Below, piece by piece: positions 37,982 to 51,396 of a stretch of 64,000 nucleotides of DNA. The notes beneath the pieces are model-generated. The model made no database searches. It had not been told where the DNA came from and saw nothing but the letters and a program-made list of their open reading frames with translations. The position numbers and the translations under genes were made by a program. How positions within the stretch are numbered: the stretch's first letter is position 1; every line of letters starts with the position of its first letter. Source of the DNA: Octopus bimaculoides (Eukaryota); contig NC_068982.1 in assembly GCF_001194135.2 (NCBI RefSeq), forward strand, positions 176,781,031-176,845,030, written 5' to 3'.

Positions 37982-38173
37982 TATACACACATATATACAC
38001 ACAGACAGACAGAGAGGGAGAGAGGGGGGGTTTCTGATGGCTGTGGTGAAGACAGCACAAATACTATAAAAAAGCAATGCAGCAGACGACAATGCACTTT
38101 TAACAGCAACCAGTACTGGGGTCAATAAACGTACTGGCATTGTGCAAAAATCTTAAACAATTATTATTATTAT

Positions 38174-38740
38174 TGAGTGGGAGAGCAGCACATTCCATCA
38201 GAGTGTCACTGGGGTACAATTAGACGTAGCCCACTATACCCATGACGACTATCCGTCTGATAAGGGTACACCAGGCACATGCATAACAGCCATTTGTGCA
38301 TGACATGGTGTTCTTATATCAAGATAAACAGCGCATTAATTGGCAGGTTGGGTCCAGTTAGAATTTTCTTCAGCCCATGCTGCTTAAAGATCCCAAAATA
38401 ATGTTTGTTTAGAGTTGATGAACGAAACACCCGTATTTGCAGAGGTGATTTATCTAAACCCCATAGAATTCCTCTCGACACATGGCTATGACGCTTCCGC
38501 ACTACATCTGCTCGTGATTAGAGATGCACATATCTTATAGCCCCCAAGAGACATGCTCAATTAGTTAAGGTCAAACTACTGACAAGTAAATCGATGATAT
38601 TGAGCATATTTGCTGTAGCCCATTTTTTATACCAAGACAAGCAAATCTGTGGTATTGAGCAGGTTATTATGCTGTAGCCCATCTTTTATACCAAGACAAG
38701 CAAACATGTGGTATTGAGCACAATATTTGCTGTAGAACCA
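38174..38740 (-). mobile_element. Family-A repeat with an internal ~58-bp tandem triplication near 38598-38735
   Basis: Matches 24994-25545; tattgagca...gctgtagccc...ataccaagacaagcaaa is repeated. Confidence 0.85.
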
Positions 38741-38744
38741 TGCT

Positions 38745-39745
38745 TCATGAACCCTGCAAATAATTCTTGCAGTTCCAAGCAATGCTGATTTTTGAAAGCG
38801 TTCTACCTTCTCACTTGAACCGATCTTTTTCAGCCATGGTGGTAGCTGAGTGTTAATACTTCCACGTGCACCAATCACTTTTGGTATCACGTCTACCCTC
38901 TTCATTGATCACAGCCATCGTATTTCCCACTTCAAATCGTCATAGTTGTTTATTTTTACTTCTTCTTTTACATTGATTCTATTGTCACCGGGGCATGCTA
39001 TGTCGATTATCATACATGTTCTTTCTTTTTTATTCACTACAAGAATGTCCGGTTTCCGAAGTCTACTCGGGTGATCGCACTGGATCATTGCATTCCACAG
39101 AATTTGACAATCCTCATTTTCGGTGACTCCTTCTAGAATTTGCTTTGTAGGCCGTGATTTTCATAGGGCTCCCAATTGATCCTTCTTGCCACATTGTCAT
39201 AGTGTCTTTTGTATTCACGTTGTACCGATTTCGGGCGTTCGCTAACGACGTGCCATACCATTTCATCCCTCTCACCACACATTCTGCATTTGTCGCTATC
39301 GGTAGCGTTGTCTGTTCTCCACTTCATATAATTGGTCCTAAACGCTTATTCCTGAGCTGCGCATATGAGTGCTTGTCTTTATCTTCAGGTTAGTCCTCCT
39401 CGTCCATAGCCACCGATCCAAACTTTTTGTAAGACTTCTTTTGGGCACTCTATTCTAATTTCCTTTATATTCCTCTTGATGCCTTCTGATGCTATTCCCA
39501 AGGACCCAACAATAATTCGTACTATCTTCACCTTCTTCTATCTTCACCGGGCTATTTCGTACTTAAGAAGGCTGTGTCTATTCGTCTTCCTTCTTATTTG
39601 TAAGAGAAATATCGACAGCTATTTGGAAGTAGCAGACAAAATAAGTAAGGATTTGGCAAAGACACTTATTGTTCAAGTGTTATTCAAGCACTTAGGTCGA
39701 TATTATCGATTGCTCTTTCTCCATAATTTCTGTCTCCCGCTCATA
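38745..39745 (-). mobile_element. Decayed R4/Dong-type LINE 3' region: CCHC knuckle plus RLE endonuclease
   Basis: CRMCGERDEMVWHVVSE...QREYKRHYDNVARRINW and VIPKVIGARGSI...QKSALLGTARII. Confidence 0.9.
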
Positions 39746-39945
39746 TAAGAAATCAATAATCGTTATGATAATAGCAGAATACATTAATATTATAAACATT
39801 CAACAATTGCATGATGCTAGTACATCAGTTTATAGAATACAAGGGTGAAGAAGTTCAATGACTAGGAAAAACAATGAGATGTTCTCCCTAACTCAATCAT
39901 TTACTCACTGACTCTCATAAATATATATATATATATATATATATA

Positions 39946-39990
<45 letters not shown>

Positions 39991-40078
39991 GTGTGTGTAT
40001 GCATGTATGTATGTATGTGTGTATGTATGTAAGCATGTAGGTAGGTATGTATACTCGCGCACAGATATATATGCATGC

Positions 40079-40120
<42 letters not shown>

Positions 40121-41518
40121 TTGTGCGTGTGTTTCCGTGTGTGTGTGTGTGTGTGTGTATGCATATATGTATGTATTTGGAGAGATAGATAGATATGCAG
40201 ATAGACTGACTGACAGATAGATAGATAGATAGATAGACAGAAACTCAGACTGATAGATACATAGATACACATACATTCATAATACATACTTTTGTGAGGT
40301 ACATCATTATCGACTCACATTACAGTGACGCAATTTTGAACGAATATTTATACTTCAGCTGACACAACAATGATCACCAATGCTATTCATATAATGAGTT
40401 AAGACACTCTATTAATAGTTAGAAATGTATCTCTATGAAATCCGAAACCTTAAGTGATTTTTTAAATGACATCCTAAAAGCTAAAATTTGCTTTAAAATT
40501 ATGTTATTTAACGTAAGTTGATGTAATTTTATTTAAAATTACAAATTAGATTTAAATTTTTATTTTGTGATTTTAGAAGATTTACGTTTTAGTTCGGCAG
40601 GAAATTACCTAGTTCGGTAGAAATGAGATTTTGTGTTTTCCTTTTTAATTTGATATGACATTCAATGGCTTATTTCATCTTTTCTCACTCATCATAGTTT
40701 TGAATCTTTGAAGATGTATTTTCTACGTAATCTTGCATCACTGGCGCTTTAAAAGTTCTATTAAATAGGTTTGAACAATAAACAGAATTTTAAAATATGC
40801 ATTTTTATAAAATCTCCCATGAAAAGTGATATCTCAAGAAAAAAGGAACGAAAACAATAAATGGGATTTTTTTTTTTCATTAACGAAATGAAAAGAAACA
40901 CTGTTAAACAAAACATTGAAAATGGCGCTGATGTACTCACCAGCCATGAAATTTTCAACAATGATATCTAAAATAAATATGTTTTAAAGTAAAACCAAAA
41001 CAGAAGAAAATTGCCTGTGGGATATGTGATTTCTTTTTTCGCCTTCTATCAATAAAGTAATTGAAATATGATAGAGATCACCAGGAAATTTATGACCGCG
41101 TGAAATGGAAGTTTAGATGGCAAATATGCATTAACTGAATAGGAATATTCTTGAAATGTGGAAATATATGTATAGTGAATTTGAGTAAGTTCACATACGC
41201 ACATTTTGTGAGCATGCATTCAGCCCTGACTATGTGAATAGCCGTTGTCTGTAAACTGTGGGCTTCTGAGCTGAAGGAACTCAAGGAAAGTTTAGATTGA
41301 ATTCTATCGGGTGTGGCGATACTTGCTTGTGTTCATCCTACAGCGTGAGAAAGCAGGTAAGAACCACACAGGTAAACATGTGGTAAGTGACATTCACTGA
41401 CTTACACCGAATTTGAAGTGTTTTCGTTTTTCCTCTAGCGTGTATAAAATGAAATGACTAAAATTACGTCATATGTAAACAAACATGAGTTTGTTTTTGA
41501 AGCGCTGAAATGTATTGT

Positions 41519-41698
41519 AGTACTAGTAGAAAGATATATTTTTCAACGCGTAATACTGATAGAACAGCATATATAGGATGTGAGTTCGATTCTCATGGCT
41601 GGTTGCAGACAGATTTTTCTGCTGTGTAAGGATATTATCCTATATATGCTGTTCTATCAGTACTTACGCGTTAAAAAATATATCCTTCTACTTGTACT
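41519..41698. repeat. Long hairpin: ~60-bp inverted arms around a 57-nt loop containing a tRNA T-arm/B-box-like GTGAGTTCGATTCTCA
   Basis: Arms 41520-41579 and 41637-41697 differ by 3 mismatches and 1 gap. Confidence 0.9.
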
Positions 41699-42219
41699 GA
41701 AGTAACTAAAATAGTGAAACAGAGTTTTCGTGGATAAATTCTCAGTAAGTTCATTTACTCGCATTTGATAAAAATATACTCAGCCACGCTACATAAATGG
41801 ATGTCATATAAAATTCACGAGTTTTTTCTCTGCAGGACTGTTCTGAGAGCAGGATTAGTATCTCCTAGTTGCTACAGCTTCATTAAATGTGACTACTGCG
41901 CTGTATGCGTCGCTAGCAAATGTTTTTCTATGCAAATAAAAGAAATCATCTCTAACCTTTATCCGTACATTGTTTCATACGAATCTCTATGCTGTATTTT
42001 AACTTTATAATACGAACTCGAATGACTAATCAATCAGTTAGCAAGTTGGTCTACAGAGTAGAAAGTTGGCTGTACTTTAATCAATAGGTCTGTTTCTAAA
42101 TCGCAGGTGAATATATATGTCAAATGTAACATGTTCACAATTTATTCATACACACGTTGTGTCAATAATTGAGTTGTATGTGTGTGTGTGTGGGGGGGGG
42201 GGGGTCTTTGTGGTCATCG

Positions 42220-42730
42220 TTACTGCATTTCGAAATCTTTATAAAAGGTTTTTTATAGATGTAATTTTTGACGCTGAATCCGAATTTATTCATTTATTCC
42301 ATAAAATTTTGCCAAAATGTTACAGGTGTTCAAAGTTTGATAATTTTCAGAATTTTCAGCCAAGCAAAAAACAGCGCGTTCGCTGACTCTTCCATCGTCT
42401 GTCACAGTAGAGATAAATGGGTGGTGGTGGGGGACCAGTATGTCAAGATATTAAACATTGTAAAACATTAAAAGATTCGCGAGCAAATTAAATATTTAAA
42501 AGCTACGAGCAAACCAATAGGAGTTGCGAGAAAAAAACAGACAAAACATTAAAGTATACACGAGCAAACTAAACAGTGAAAAACATTTAAACATTCGTGA
42601 AGAAATTAAATATCTAAAAGCTATGAGCAAACCAACAGAAGTTGCTAGATATAACAGTCAAAACATTGCTTAAACAGACATTTATTAGTTAAAAAACACA
42701 ACAACGAAAGTTTGCAACACACTGTAGGGT
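42220..42730. mobile_element. Probable non-autonomous DNA-transposon remnant with a ~120-bp degenerate direct repeat (42465-42670)
   Basis: Two units of aaacatt..attcg.ga..aaattaaatat.taaaagcta.gagcaaacca; end cacactgta resembles Transib-type CAC-ended termini. Confidence 0.35.
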
Positions 42731-42898
42731 TTTATACAATAAACTATCTTTCTCTTATCTCCTTCTCCATATAAATTCACAAAGATAAGAGCCAACCATG
42801 GAAAGGTGTGTTCCACACCGGCGTTTGCTTCCACCATTTAAAGATGCTCAGGTACTCTCAATTTGTTGATTACACTCAATTTGGCGGATACATTCATT

Positions 42899-42910
42899 TG
42901 CGCATGCGCA
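42899..42910. promoter_or_regulatory. Perfect NRF1-type palindrome TGCGCATGCGCA
   Basis: Exact consensus match in AT-rich DNA. Confidence 0.35.
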
Positions 42911-43897
42911 GCATCTTTGATCATTATAGAAACAGAGTTCTTCGCAGTCAGTCATGCAAAACGTGGTGCTTCTTTGCTTAATATGCTAATAGAACTTTAC
43001 GGTGATGTGTAAAATATTCACTTCTGATTGATTAAGATACCAAAATTTTGCAGATTTTAAAAGCTAATAATAACTTTCTAATTATGAATTTATACGGAAA
43101 ATGATTTTCATTTTCCTAATTAGTACACAAAACAATTTGAAAACAATTGGAACGCAATTGTAGACTATATATATACATGGGTCTTTGTGATTATCGTCCC
43201 AGTCTACAATATGTATANNNNNNNNNNNNNNNNNNNNNNNNNNNNNNNNNNNNNNNNNNNNNNNNNNNNNNNNNNNNNNNNNNNNNNNNNNNNNNNNNNN
43301 NNNNNNNNNNNNNNNNNNNNNNNNNNNNNNNNNNNNNNNNNNNNNNNNNNNNNNNNNNNNNNNNNNNNNNNNNNNNNNNNNNNNNNNNNNNNNNNNNNNN
43401 NNNNNNNNNNNNNNNNNNNNNNNNNNNNNNNNNNNNNNNNNNNNNNNNNNNNNNNNNNNNNNNNNNNNNNNNNNNNNNNNNNNNNNNNNNNNNNNNNNNN
43501 NNNNNNNNNNNNNNNNNNNNNNNNNNNNNNNNNNNNNNNNNNNNNNNNNNNNNNNNNNNNNNNNNNNNNNNNNNNNNNNNNNNNNNNNNNNNNNNNNNNN
43601 NNNNNNNNNNNNNNNNNNNNNNNNNNNNNNNNNNNNNNNNNNNNNNNNNNNNNNNNNNNNNNNNNNNNNNNNNNNNNNNNNNNNNNNNNNNNNNNNNNNN
43701 NNNNNNNNNNNNNNNNNNNNNNNNNNNNNNNNNNNNNNNNNNNNNNNNNNNNNNNNNNNNNNNNNNNNNNNNNNNNNNNNNNNNNNNNNNNNNNNNNNNN
43801 NNNNNNNNNNNNNNNNNNNNNNNNNNNNNNNNTATATATATATATATAACCTTGTATGTATATGTGTATATGTGTGTGTATGTATATCTTTATGGGT

Positions 43898-43928
<31 letters not shown>

Positions 43929-44140
43929 TGTGAGTGTGTAGACACATATGTATGAATGCATGTATATATGTATAGAGAAATAGAAAAGAACTCGAAAGTA
44001 TTTAATTCGAGAGCAGCTATCAAGGCCTGCGGCGCTTAAACCGAGTGAACTCATTCAACCTTTTTCTTTTTTTATTATTTGATAAGGAATATACTCTTTG
44101 TTCATTACCTTTGCTCCCTCTCTCTTTCTGTGCCTTTTTC

Positions 44141-44270
<130 letters not shown>

Positions 44271-45394
44271 CTCTGTCTTTCTATCCTGAAGATTTGAAAA
44301 ATTGTATCTATCATCATTCTCATAAATAATCTTAAAATTGGTTCCACAACTAAATAATCTAAGATCAAAATACGTATATATGTGATTGGAATTTTATGGG
44401 TCTTTTATTCATTTTTATTGCTGCAAAATAAATGGTTGACGCTACATTAAAACTGTAATCATTGTTGCTCTAAAGCAGCTAAGTATCAACCTCTCCACAA
44501 AATGAAATGGAAGGACGTATGAAAACGAAGCTTGTAGAAAGAAAGATTCCAAGCATTTGTTCACCATTATCAAGAGTAAATTCAATGATATCTGACGGCG
44601 ATCGCCATGTAGTCTGTCGTCATGGTAATCAACAGACGAATAGTATAAACCAAGTGTATATTCGCTAGTTTTATTAGATAGATAAGCACAGAGTGCATTC
44701 CAGTCGTATCCAGAAACCCCAGAAATATGTCTTGTTTCGACATCAAACAAATTCTGCAAAGTTTTATATTCACTAAGTGACTTTCTATTCAAAATGTCAA
44801 ATGATTCCATGCAGTATTCTCACTCTAAATTTAATTCTCTGTCATAAGATTCTCTGGGCAAACTAAACATCTTTTTAATTTAGAAAAAATAACTAATCCT
44901 TGAGTACATTTCTCAGCTTGTAGATACTCTCCTCACAATTACAAATTACATAAATCTGTTAAAATAATGCAAATACATATTCTTTTGTTCGTTTCAGCCC
45001 TGTGTCTGCGGTCAGGCTGGAGAATCACTTTGATTCTTAAATTTTACATATCATTCTTCTTTGGCTGATTTTTCAGGGTGGTGGGATTTCCTATTACCAT
45101 CCTGTACGTGTGTTTTGCCTTGGATGCTGGCTCATAAGGAGGTCTGACACTGCAACTCTCATCTGCATTGTGGAGAGGAGAATTCCAGTTCATTTCTGAA
45201 TACACACACGTCTATTTTATGTAGGTTACTTAATTCTTTTCACTGTGCGGTGAATAGCTGTGAGTCATTGAATTCTAAGGTATTGCAGTAGCTGATTCTG
45301 ACTTTAGATGGAGTAGACCGTACCTTTGGTACAAAACAAGTGTCCAGTTCGGGCGTTATCTGTGTGTGTATATATATAACTGCTTGTTTGTGTA

Positions 45395-45448
<54 letters not shown>

Positions 45449-46608
45449 AAATAGGAAGCGTGCAAAGTTGAATATTAATTTGATTAATATCAATTTAAAA
45501 CCAGTGGCCTAGCATATTGAAAAATTTGAAGATTCAGAAAAATTATATTACATACATATGAAAGGGAAGACCACTAAATTTGACATCCATTTTGCTAGAA
45601 GTAGACCACCTATGGTCTGACCACTAAGAAAAGATTGTTCTCAAGAAAATTCGGCAAACACCACAGTAATTACGTAAGTGGTGACAACGAGACCAGTCCA
45701 TGATTAATCTTTATATTTTGTATCATTTCATTTGTCTTGCTCGCTTACGTTCTGATGTTTGCTGAATTGTGTGTATTTTAATGTGAAGACACCCAACTTT
45801 TCTACACACTGTATTTTTGGTGTTCATGTTACTGAAAAATGTATGCTCTTAAATCGAAAGAACTACAGATAGACAGACAGATAGACAGAGACAGACAGGC
45901 AGACAAACACAAATAGATAGAGATAAAATAAAGATAGGTACAAAAGTCTATAGTCAGGTAGATAATTATCATTTAGTTGTCCATATCCAGAGAAAAGCAC
46001 TCATAAATGCAAAATAGAACCGTTATATTTGTATATCATCGAGCAGTATATTATTGGCTATGGTATCGGAAGCAAGGCTAAATATTCACAGATCCTCTTT
46101 TAGAAACACAGATGGAGCAGAATATTATAACACTAGCTACATAGCGCTATTAAAACAGGATGCAATCCTATATAAAATCGCATGGACATTGCTAGAACAT
46201 CCTTGACCTTATATGAATGGAAGTAGACGTTGCAAGCTTTGCTTGGTCGTGGGGCACTCCCTGAACTAAAAAAGTGAAATATTGGGAATTAGTTTCGTCA
46301 ACGTGGTTATCCGCATTTTGGAAGGACAGAAGTATAAGCGTGTATACGCATACAAGGGATACTATTCAACCACGACTAACGCAACTCTTATTTCTCTCCT
46401 GGTAAATGTTATAGGTTTTCACTGTTTTTTTTCCCCAGTTCTTTTACCAATTACAAGCCAGCAATGACCTCCAGCATAGAAAAGATTATGCGTTTCCCGC
46501 CACCACGTCTGTAGAGTCATCAATACCAAGTGAAAATTTCTTCGAAAACCAACGGTAACATTCTGATCAATTATATGCCATAAGCAGCAATATAGAGCTC
46601 TACGATAG

Positions 46609-46649
<41 letters not shown>

Positions 46650-47589
46650 NNNNNNNNNNNNNNNNNNNNNNNNNNNNNNNNNNNNNNNNNNNNNNNNNNN
46701 NNNNNNNNNNNNNNNNNNNNNNNNNNNNNNNNNNNNNNNNNNNNNNNNNNNNNNNNNNNNNNNNNNNNNNNNNNNNNNNNNNNNNNNNNNNNNNNNNNNN
46801 NNNNNNNNNNNNNNNNNNNNNNNNNNNNNNNNNNNNNNNNNNNNNNNNNNNNNNNNNNNNNNNNNNNNNNNNNNNNNNNNNNNNNNNNNNNNNNNNNNNN
46901 NNNNNNNNNNNNNNNNNNNNNNNNNNNNNNNNNNNNNNNNNNNNNNNNNNNNNNNNNNNNNNNNNNNNNNNNNNNNNNNNNNNNNNNNNNNNNNNNNNNN
47001 NNNNNNNNNNNNNNNNNNNNNNNNNNNNNNNNNNNNNNNNNNNNNNNNNNNNNNNNNNNNNNNNNNNNNNNNNNNNNNNNNNNNNNNNNNNNNNNNNNNN
47101 NNNNNNNNNNNNNNNNNNNNNNNNNNNNNNNNNNNNNNNNNNNNNNNNNNNNNNNNNNNNNNNNNNNNNNNNNNNNNNNNNNNNNNNNNNNNNNNNNNNN
47201 NNNNNNNNNNNNNNNNNNNNNNNNTATATATATATATAAACATATATATATAAACATATATATATATATAAACATATATATACATATAATTGTGTATATA
47301 TGTATACTTCTGTTTTCATCGATATTTCCTTAAATTTACCGTCCACCCATACGCTTGTAAATTTATGTATCAATGGTTTGTCCTCTTATTTTCTTTTTAA
47401 CTTGATGACTTTTTTCAGCCTGTCAGAAAAGTTGCACGAAGAAATCTTTTAAGTTTACAGTCAACCTCTTTTATAGGAAATTATTTATAGATATACATCT
47501 CCATTCCCTTTACAATACAAAATGACCACTCTTAAATTACAAATTAAGTAACTACATATTCCTCAATCCTCACTTTATCTTTTTCCCAG

Positions 47590-47622
47590 ATCACCCCCGT
47601 TAATATGGCTGCTAATAGACCA
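47590..47622 (+). other. Candidate 33-nt exon (ITPVNMAANRP in phase 0)
   Basis: Very strong acceptor cctcactttatctttttcccag| and donor CCA|gtgagt. Confidence 0.35.
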
Positions 47623-49629
47623 GTGAGTTATTTCCCTTGTGCTATTCTCAAATTTTAAAACCCGAATTTACATTCTCGTATTCTATCAGCTGTATTATTT
47701 TTTTAAAATACACTTGTTCTCGATTTTGCAGCGCTATTATCGTACTTCCTTTCTCATGATATATTCGTTGGTTTGTTTATTTATTTATCTATTTGTTTAT
47801 TTATTTATTTATTTATTTATGTATATATCATTTCTTTTTTGTAATTCTTTCTTTGATAACATTCTACTAGATATATATCGTGTTTCTCATAAATATAAGC
47901 AAATTGAATTTATTGTATTGTTGATTAGCTTCAGTTCTTTTCTACTTTAATTAATATCATTTCTAAGAATAACCCATATTTGCACGCTCACACGTATATA
48001 AATATTTGTATCAGAATGTTATTACAAAAAGTTATCACATCTCTGCAAATATCTAAATATTTTGAACAGATTTGATACGAAAATAATTGCAAATAATTTT
48101 ATGTTTTATTAAAGACAAAATTAACTGTTAATTTAAATAATGCTGATGAAAATAGAAGCTCTTTATTCACGTTTGTTATTATACATTTAGTTTATTTTTG
48201 CCTCAAAACTGAATTCAAACATTGGCAGCAATTGGAAACTAATGAGAAGCATCATTTTAAAATATAATGTATGTTTTCCACTCTCATCATGACGGTTTTT
48301 GGTGTTATAAAAACAAAGAAAACTTTGTGAATTGAATATTTTGTAAATGGTATTTCAGCTTATAAATTATGTAAATATTTCAAGATATATTACTTATCTG
48401 TATAGAAACTGAAGTTAATATGGAAACAGAGCAGGAAGATATTGAATATACGTTTTCATTGAGACGAAAATGTAGTTTTACAAAATTACATTCGTAAAGT
48501 ATTATCGTGAATTGTAAGGTAAGTATTAACATAATGAATGTAATAAAGGTCGCTAAACACATAAAAATAAACTTGTATGGTGGAGAAAAATACATTAGTT
48601 CAATGACTATGCTTTTGTTATTATTTCAGTTATAGTGGATGCAGTTTGGTTTTGTTAAATCTATCCATCAAAGCGTAGGATTCACTGTAGTTGCTAAAGT
48701 AGTGCTGTGTTAATTACTAACGTGATGTACATTGTTGTACAACAGAGGACGAGATATAAAAATGTTATTTAAAAACTGTATTTCAAACCAGATATAGTCA
48801 GTGAGAAAGATATGCATTTAGATTTTTTTTCAAATAATTCAACTCAGTCAAAATTTATGCCGCGTATATCTTTCGTCTATTTAACCGGTATGCATAAATG
48901 ATATTCTTGGTAATATACACTGTCAGTGCCAAGTCATAAACATAACAGTTTTGCCTTTTGCATCCCTTCTAGATTTAGGTCAGGGAATAAATATTAGAGT
49001 AAAATAAAGTGTAGAAAATGACCTATAAGAACACGATTTGATCATTATGGAATGACACTGCTTCTAACGGTGAACCACATCTTGTTATGATGACTTATTA
49101 CAGATTAATGGACTAAAGTATTGAAATGTGATTTAGTTTTTTTCACTGTTCAGATCTAATTTGAAAACACATAAGCTGAGGGAAATGATTCACATGAGCT
49201 AATGCCATGCGTTTGAACAAATGAATTAGGTGTGGTGTAATGAATGTCTTATAAAAAATATTCATAGTTTCTTGAAATAACCCTCTAAGCTGGATAAAGA
49301 AAATAAAACCCTGGCGACAGTTGTTAGCAACGGTGAGTGAGAAGGGGGAGATAACATATGCATAATCTTCATAATTAAGGAGTAAAACAAGTTAAATGAA
49401 ATGCCTCGAATGAACCAATAGCATGGTTTGGAGCAAATAAATTTATGTGGGATGTACTAAATGGAATACAAAATATGTGTCATTTAATTCAATTTGTCCT
49501 CCAACTTAATAGCAAACAAAAGTTAATTGCCATTGTTAGTGACTCTGAATAAGGAAAATAATTTTCAGAAATTAAGAACAATCTTTCAAAGTTAATTAAT
49601 CTACGAACATTCGATATTTGGACTTCAGT

Positions 49630-49930
49630 CTTACACCCTTTCAAAGCCTAGCCAGGCTCATGCGTCCGGCTTCCCGGTTTCTATGGCGTATGTGTTCCCC
49701 TAGCTGGACGGGACGCCAGTCCATCGCAGCGTTATTCAAGAAACGGGAAGAAAGTGTGAGAGAAAGTTGGGGTGAAAGAGTACAACAGGGGTCGCCCCCT
49801 CCCCTGCCGGAGCCTCGTGGAGCTTAAGTGTTTTCGCTCAATAAACACTCACAACGCCCGGTCTGGGAATCGAAACTGCGATCCTCCGACCGCGATTCCA
49901 CTGCCTTAACCACTGGGCCATTACGCCTCC
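49630..49930 (-). mobile_element. Well-preserved tRNA-derived SINE with a V-domain-like core
   Basis: Minus-strand head ggaggcgtaatggcccagtggttaagg (A box)...gtttcgattccc (B box); core gcgatggactggcgtcccgtccag. Confidence 0.88.
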
Positions 49931-50399
49931 CTATATCTGGACTTGGGCAAGGAATAAAATGTGGATATATTTCGGTCTACTGGGCAACACAGCACAGCAC
50001 AAGCTAACCAAGTTATTTTTTCGCTACGTGGTCGACTCGATTTGCTTTTACACTTATGTATATCATGCAATTACTTTGGCTTAAATCCTGATTCGTTCTT
50101 TTATTTAATATTAATAATTACACTATAAGGATAGTATTGTTAATACACTTTTTGGTATATTGTACATCTGAGGTCTCTTTGAATTTCTTTAAATTCTCTT
50201 TAAATAATACGAGATCTAAAGCATTTTTACTAAAATCAATTACTTTAATGGATGTCTAATGTCACTTCTTATTGGTTGAAACACTGGAGCTCATCTAAAA
50301 ATCTAATTTAAAAAAGCATCCCGATTGAGCGCACAAAAAATATTATACTCCATAGCATTAAATGTATAACAGGGGTATCAATCTGACACAAATATCCAC

Positions 50400-50940
50400 A
50401 ATTTCAAAATGCTCTCTCAATGCTGTATTAGTATAACGCTCGGGAATAGAGAAAGTCTTTAACGTTTCGAGCCGACGCTCTTGAACAGAAAGGAACACGG
50501 AAAGAAACACGGAGAGAAAAAAAATATATGTGTAGTGGTCAGCGATCTATCATGGAGAATGCCGGACAAAAGGGTCACACAGGAGAGTTAAGAAGAAGGG
50601 GAAGTGCCAGGTGGGTATGAGAGAAGAGGAAGGGCCAGGTGGGTATGAGAGAAGGGGAAGGGCCAGGTGGGTATGACAGAAGGGGAAGGTGGGTATAGGA
50701 GGAGGGAGAAAGAGAGGAGGGAGAAAGAGAGTAAGAGAGAGAGAGTAAGAGAGCAGAGAAAAGAGTAGGGGTGAAGAGAAGTAGGAGTAAAGAGAAGTAA
50801 AGAGAAGTAGGAGTCGGGGCAGGAAAGAAGAGGTAGGTGGGAGGTAGTAGGCGGGAGGGGAGAGGGGTAGAGATGCAGAGAGGCAAGGGGAGGGGGTTAG
50901 ATGAAGAGGAGAGGAGGGTTGAGCACATGTGACGCAAAGG
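50400..50940 (-). mobile_element. Penelope-type pLTR: hammerhead-like vestige at 50457-50492 and purine-rich tract with 28-bp tandem repeats (50595-50700)
   Basis: Minus strand CTGTTCAA-GAGC-GTCG-GCTC-GAAACGTTA; GAAGGGGAAGGGCCAGGTGGGTATGAGA x3. Confidence 0.5.
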
Positions 50941-50944
50941 AGCG

Positions 50945-50979
<35 letters not shown>

Positions 50980-51325
50980 NNNNNNNNNNNNNNNNNNNNN
51001 NNNNNNNNNNNNNNNNNNNNNNNNNNNNNNNNNNNNNNNNNNNNNNNNNNNNNNNNNNNNNNNNNNNNNNNNNNNNNNNNNNNNNNNNNNNNNNNNNNNN
51101 NNNNNNNNNNNNNNNNNNNNNNNNNNNNNNNNNNNNNNNNNNNNNNNNNNNNNNNNNNNNNNNNNNNNNNNNNNNNNNNNNNNNNNNNNNNNNNNNNNNN
51201 NNNNNNNNNNNNNNNNNNNNNNNNNNNNNNNNNNNNNNNNNNNNNNNNNNNNNNNNNNNNNNNNNNNNNNNNNNNNNNNNNNNNNNNNNNNNNNNNNNNN
51301 NNNNNNNNNNNNNNNNNNNNNNNNN

Positions 51326-51396
<71 letters not shown>

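Noticed and set aside
49855-49930. tRNA gene
   Set aside because: It is the tRNA-derived head of a SINE and continues into SINE core and tail; no complete cloverleaf or terminator.
50550-50937. Pro/Leu/Ser-rich minus-strand ORFs
   Set aside because: They arise from a polypyrimidine low-complexity tract and minisatellite.
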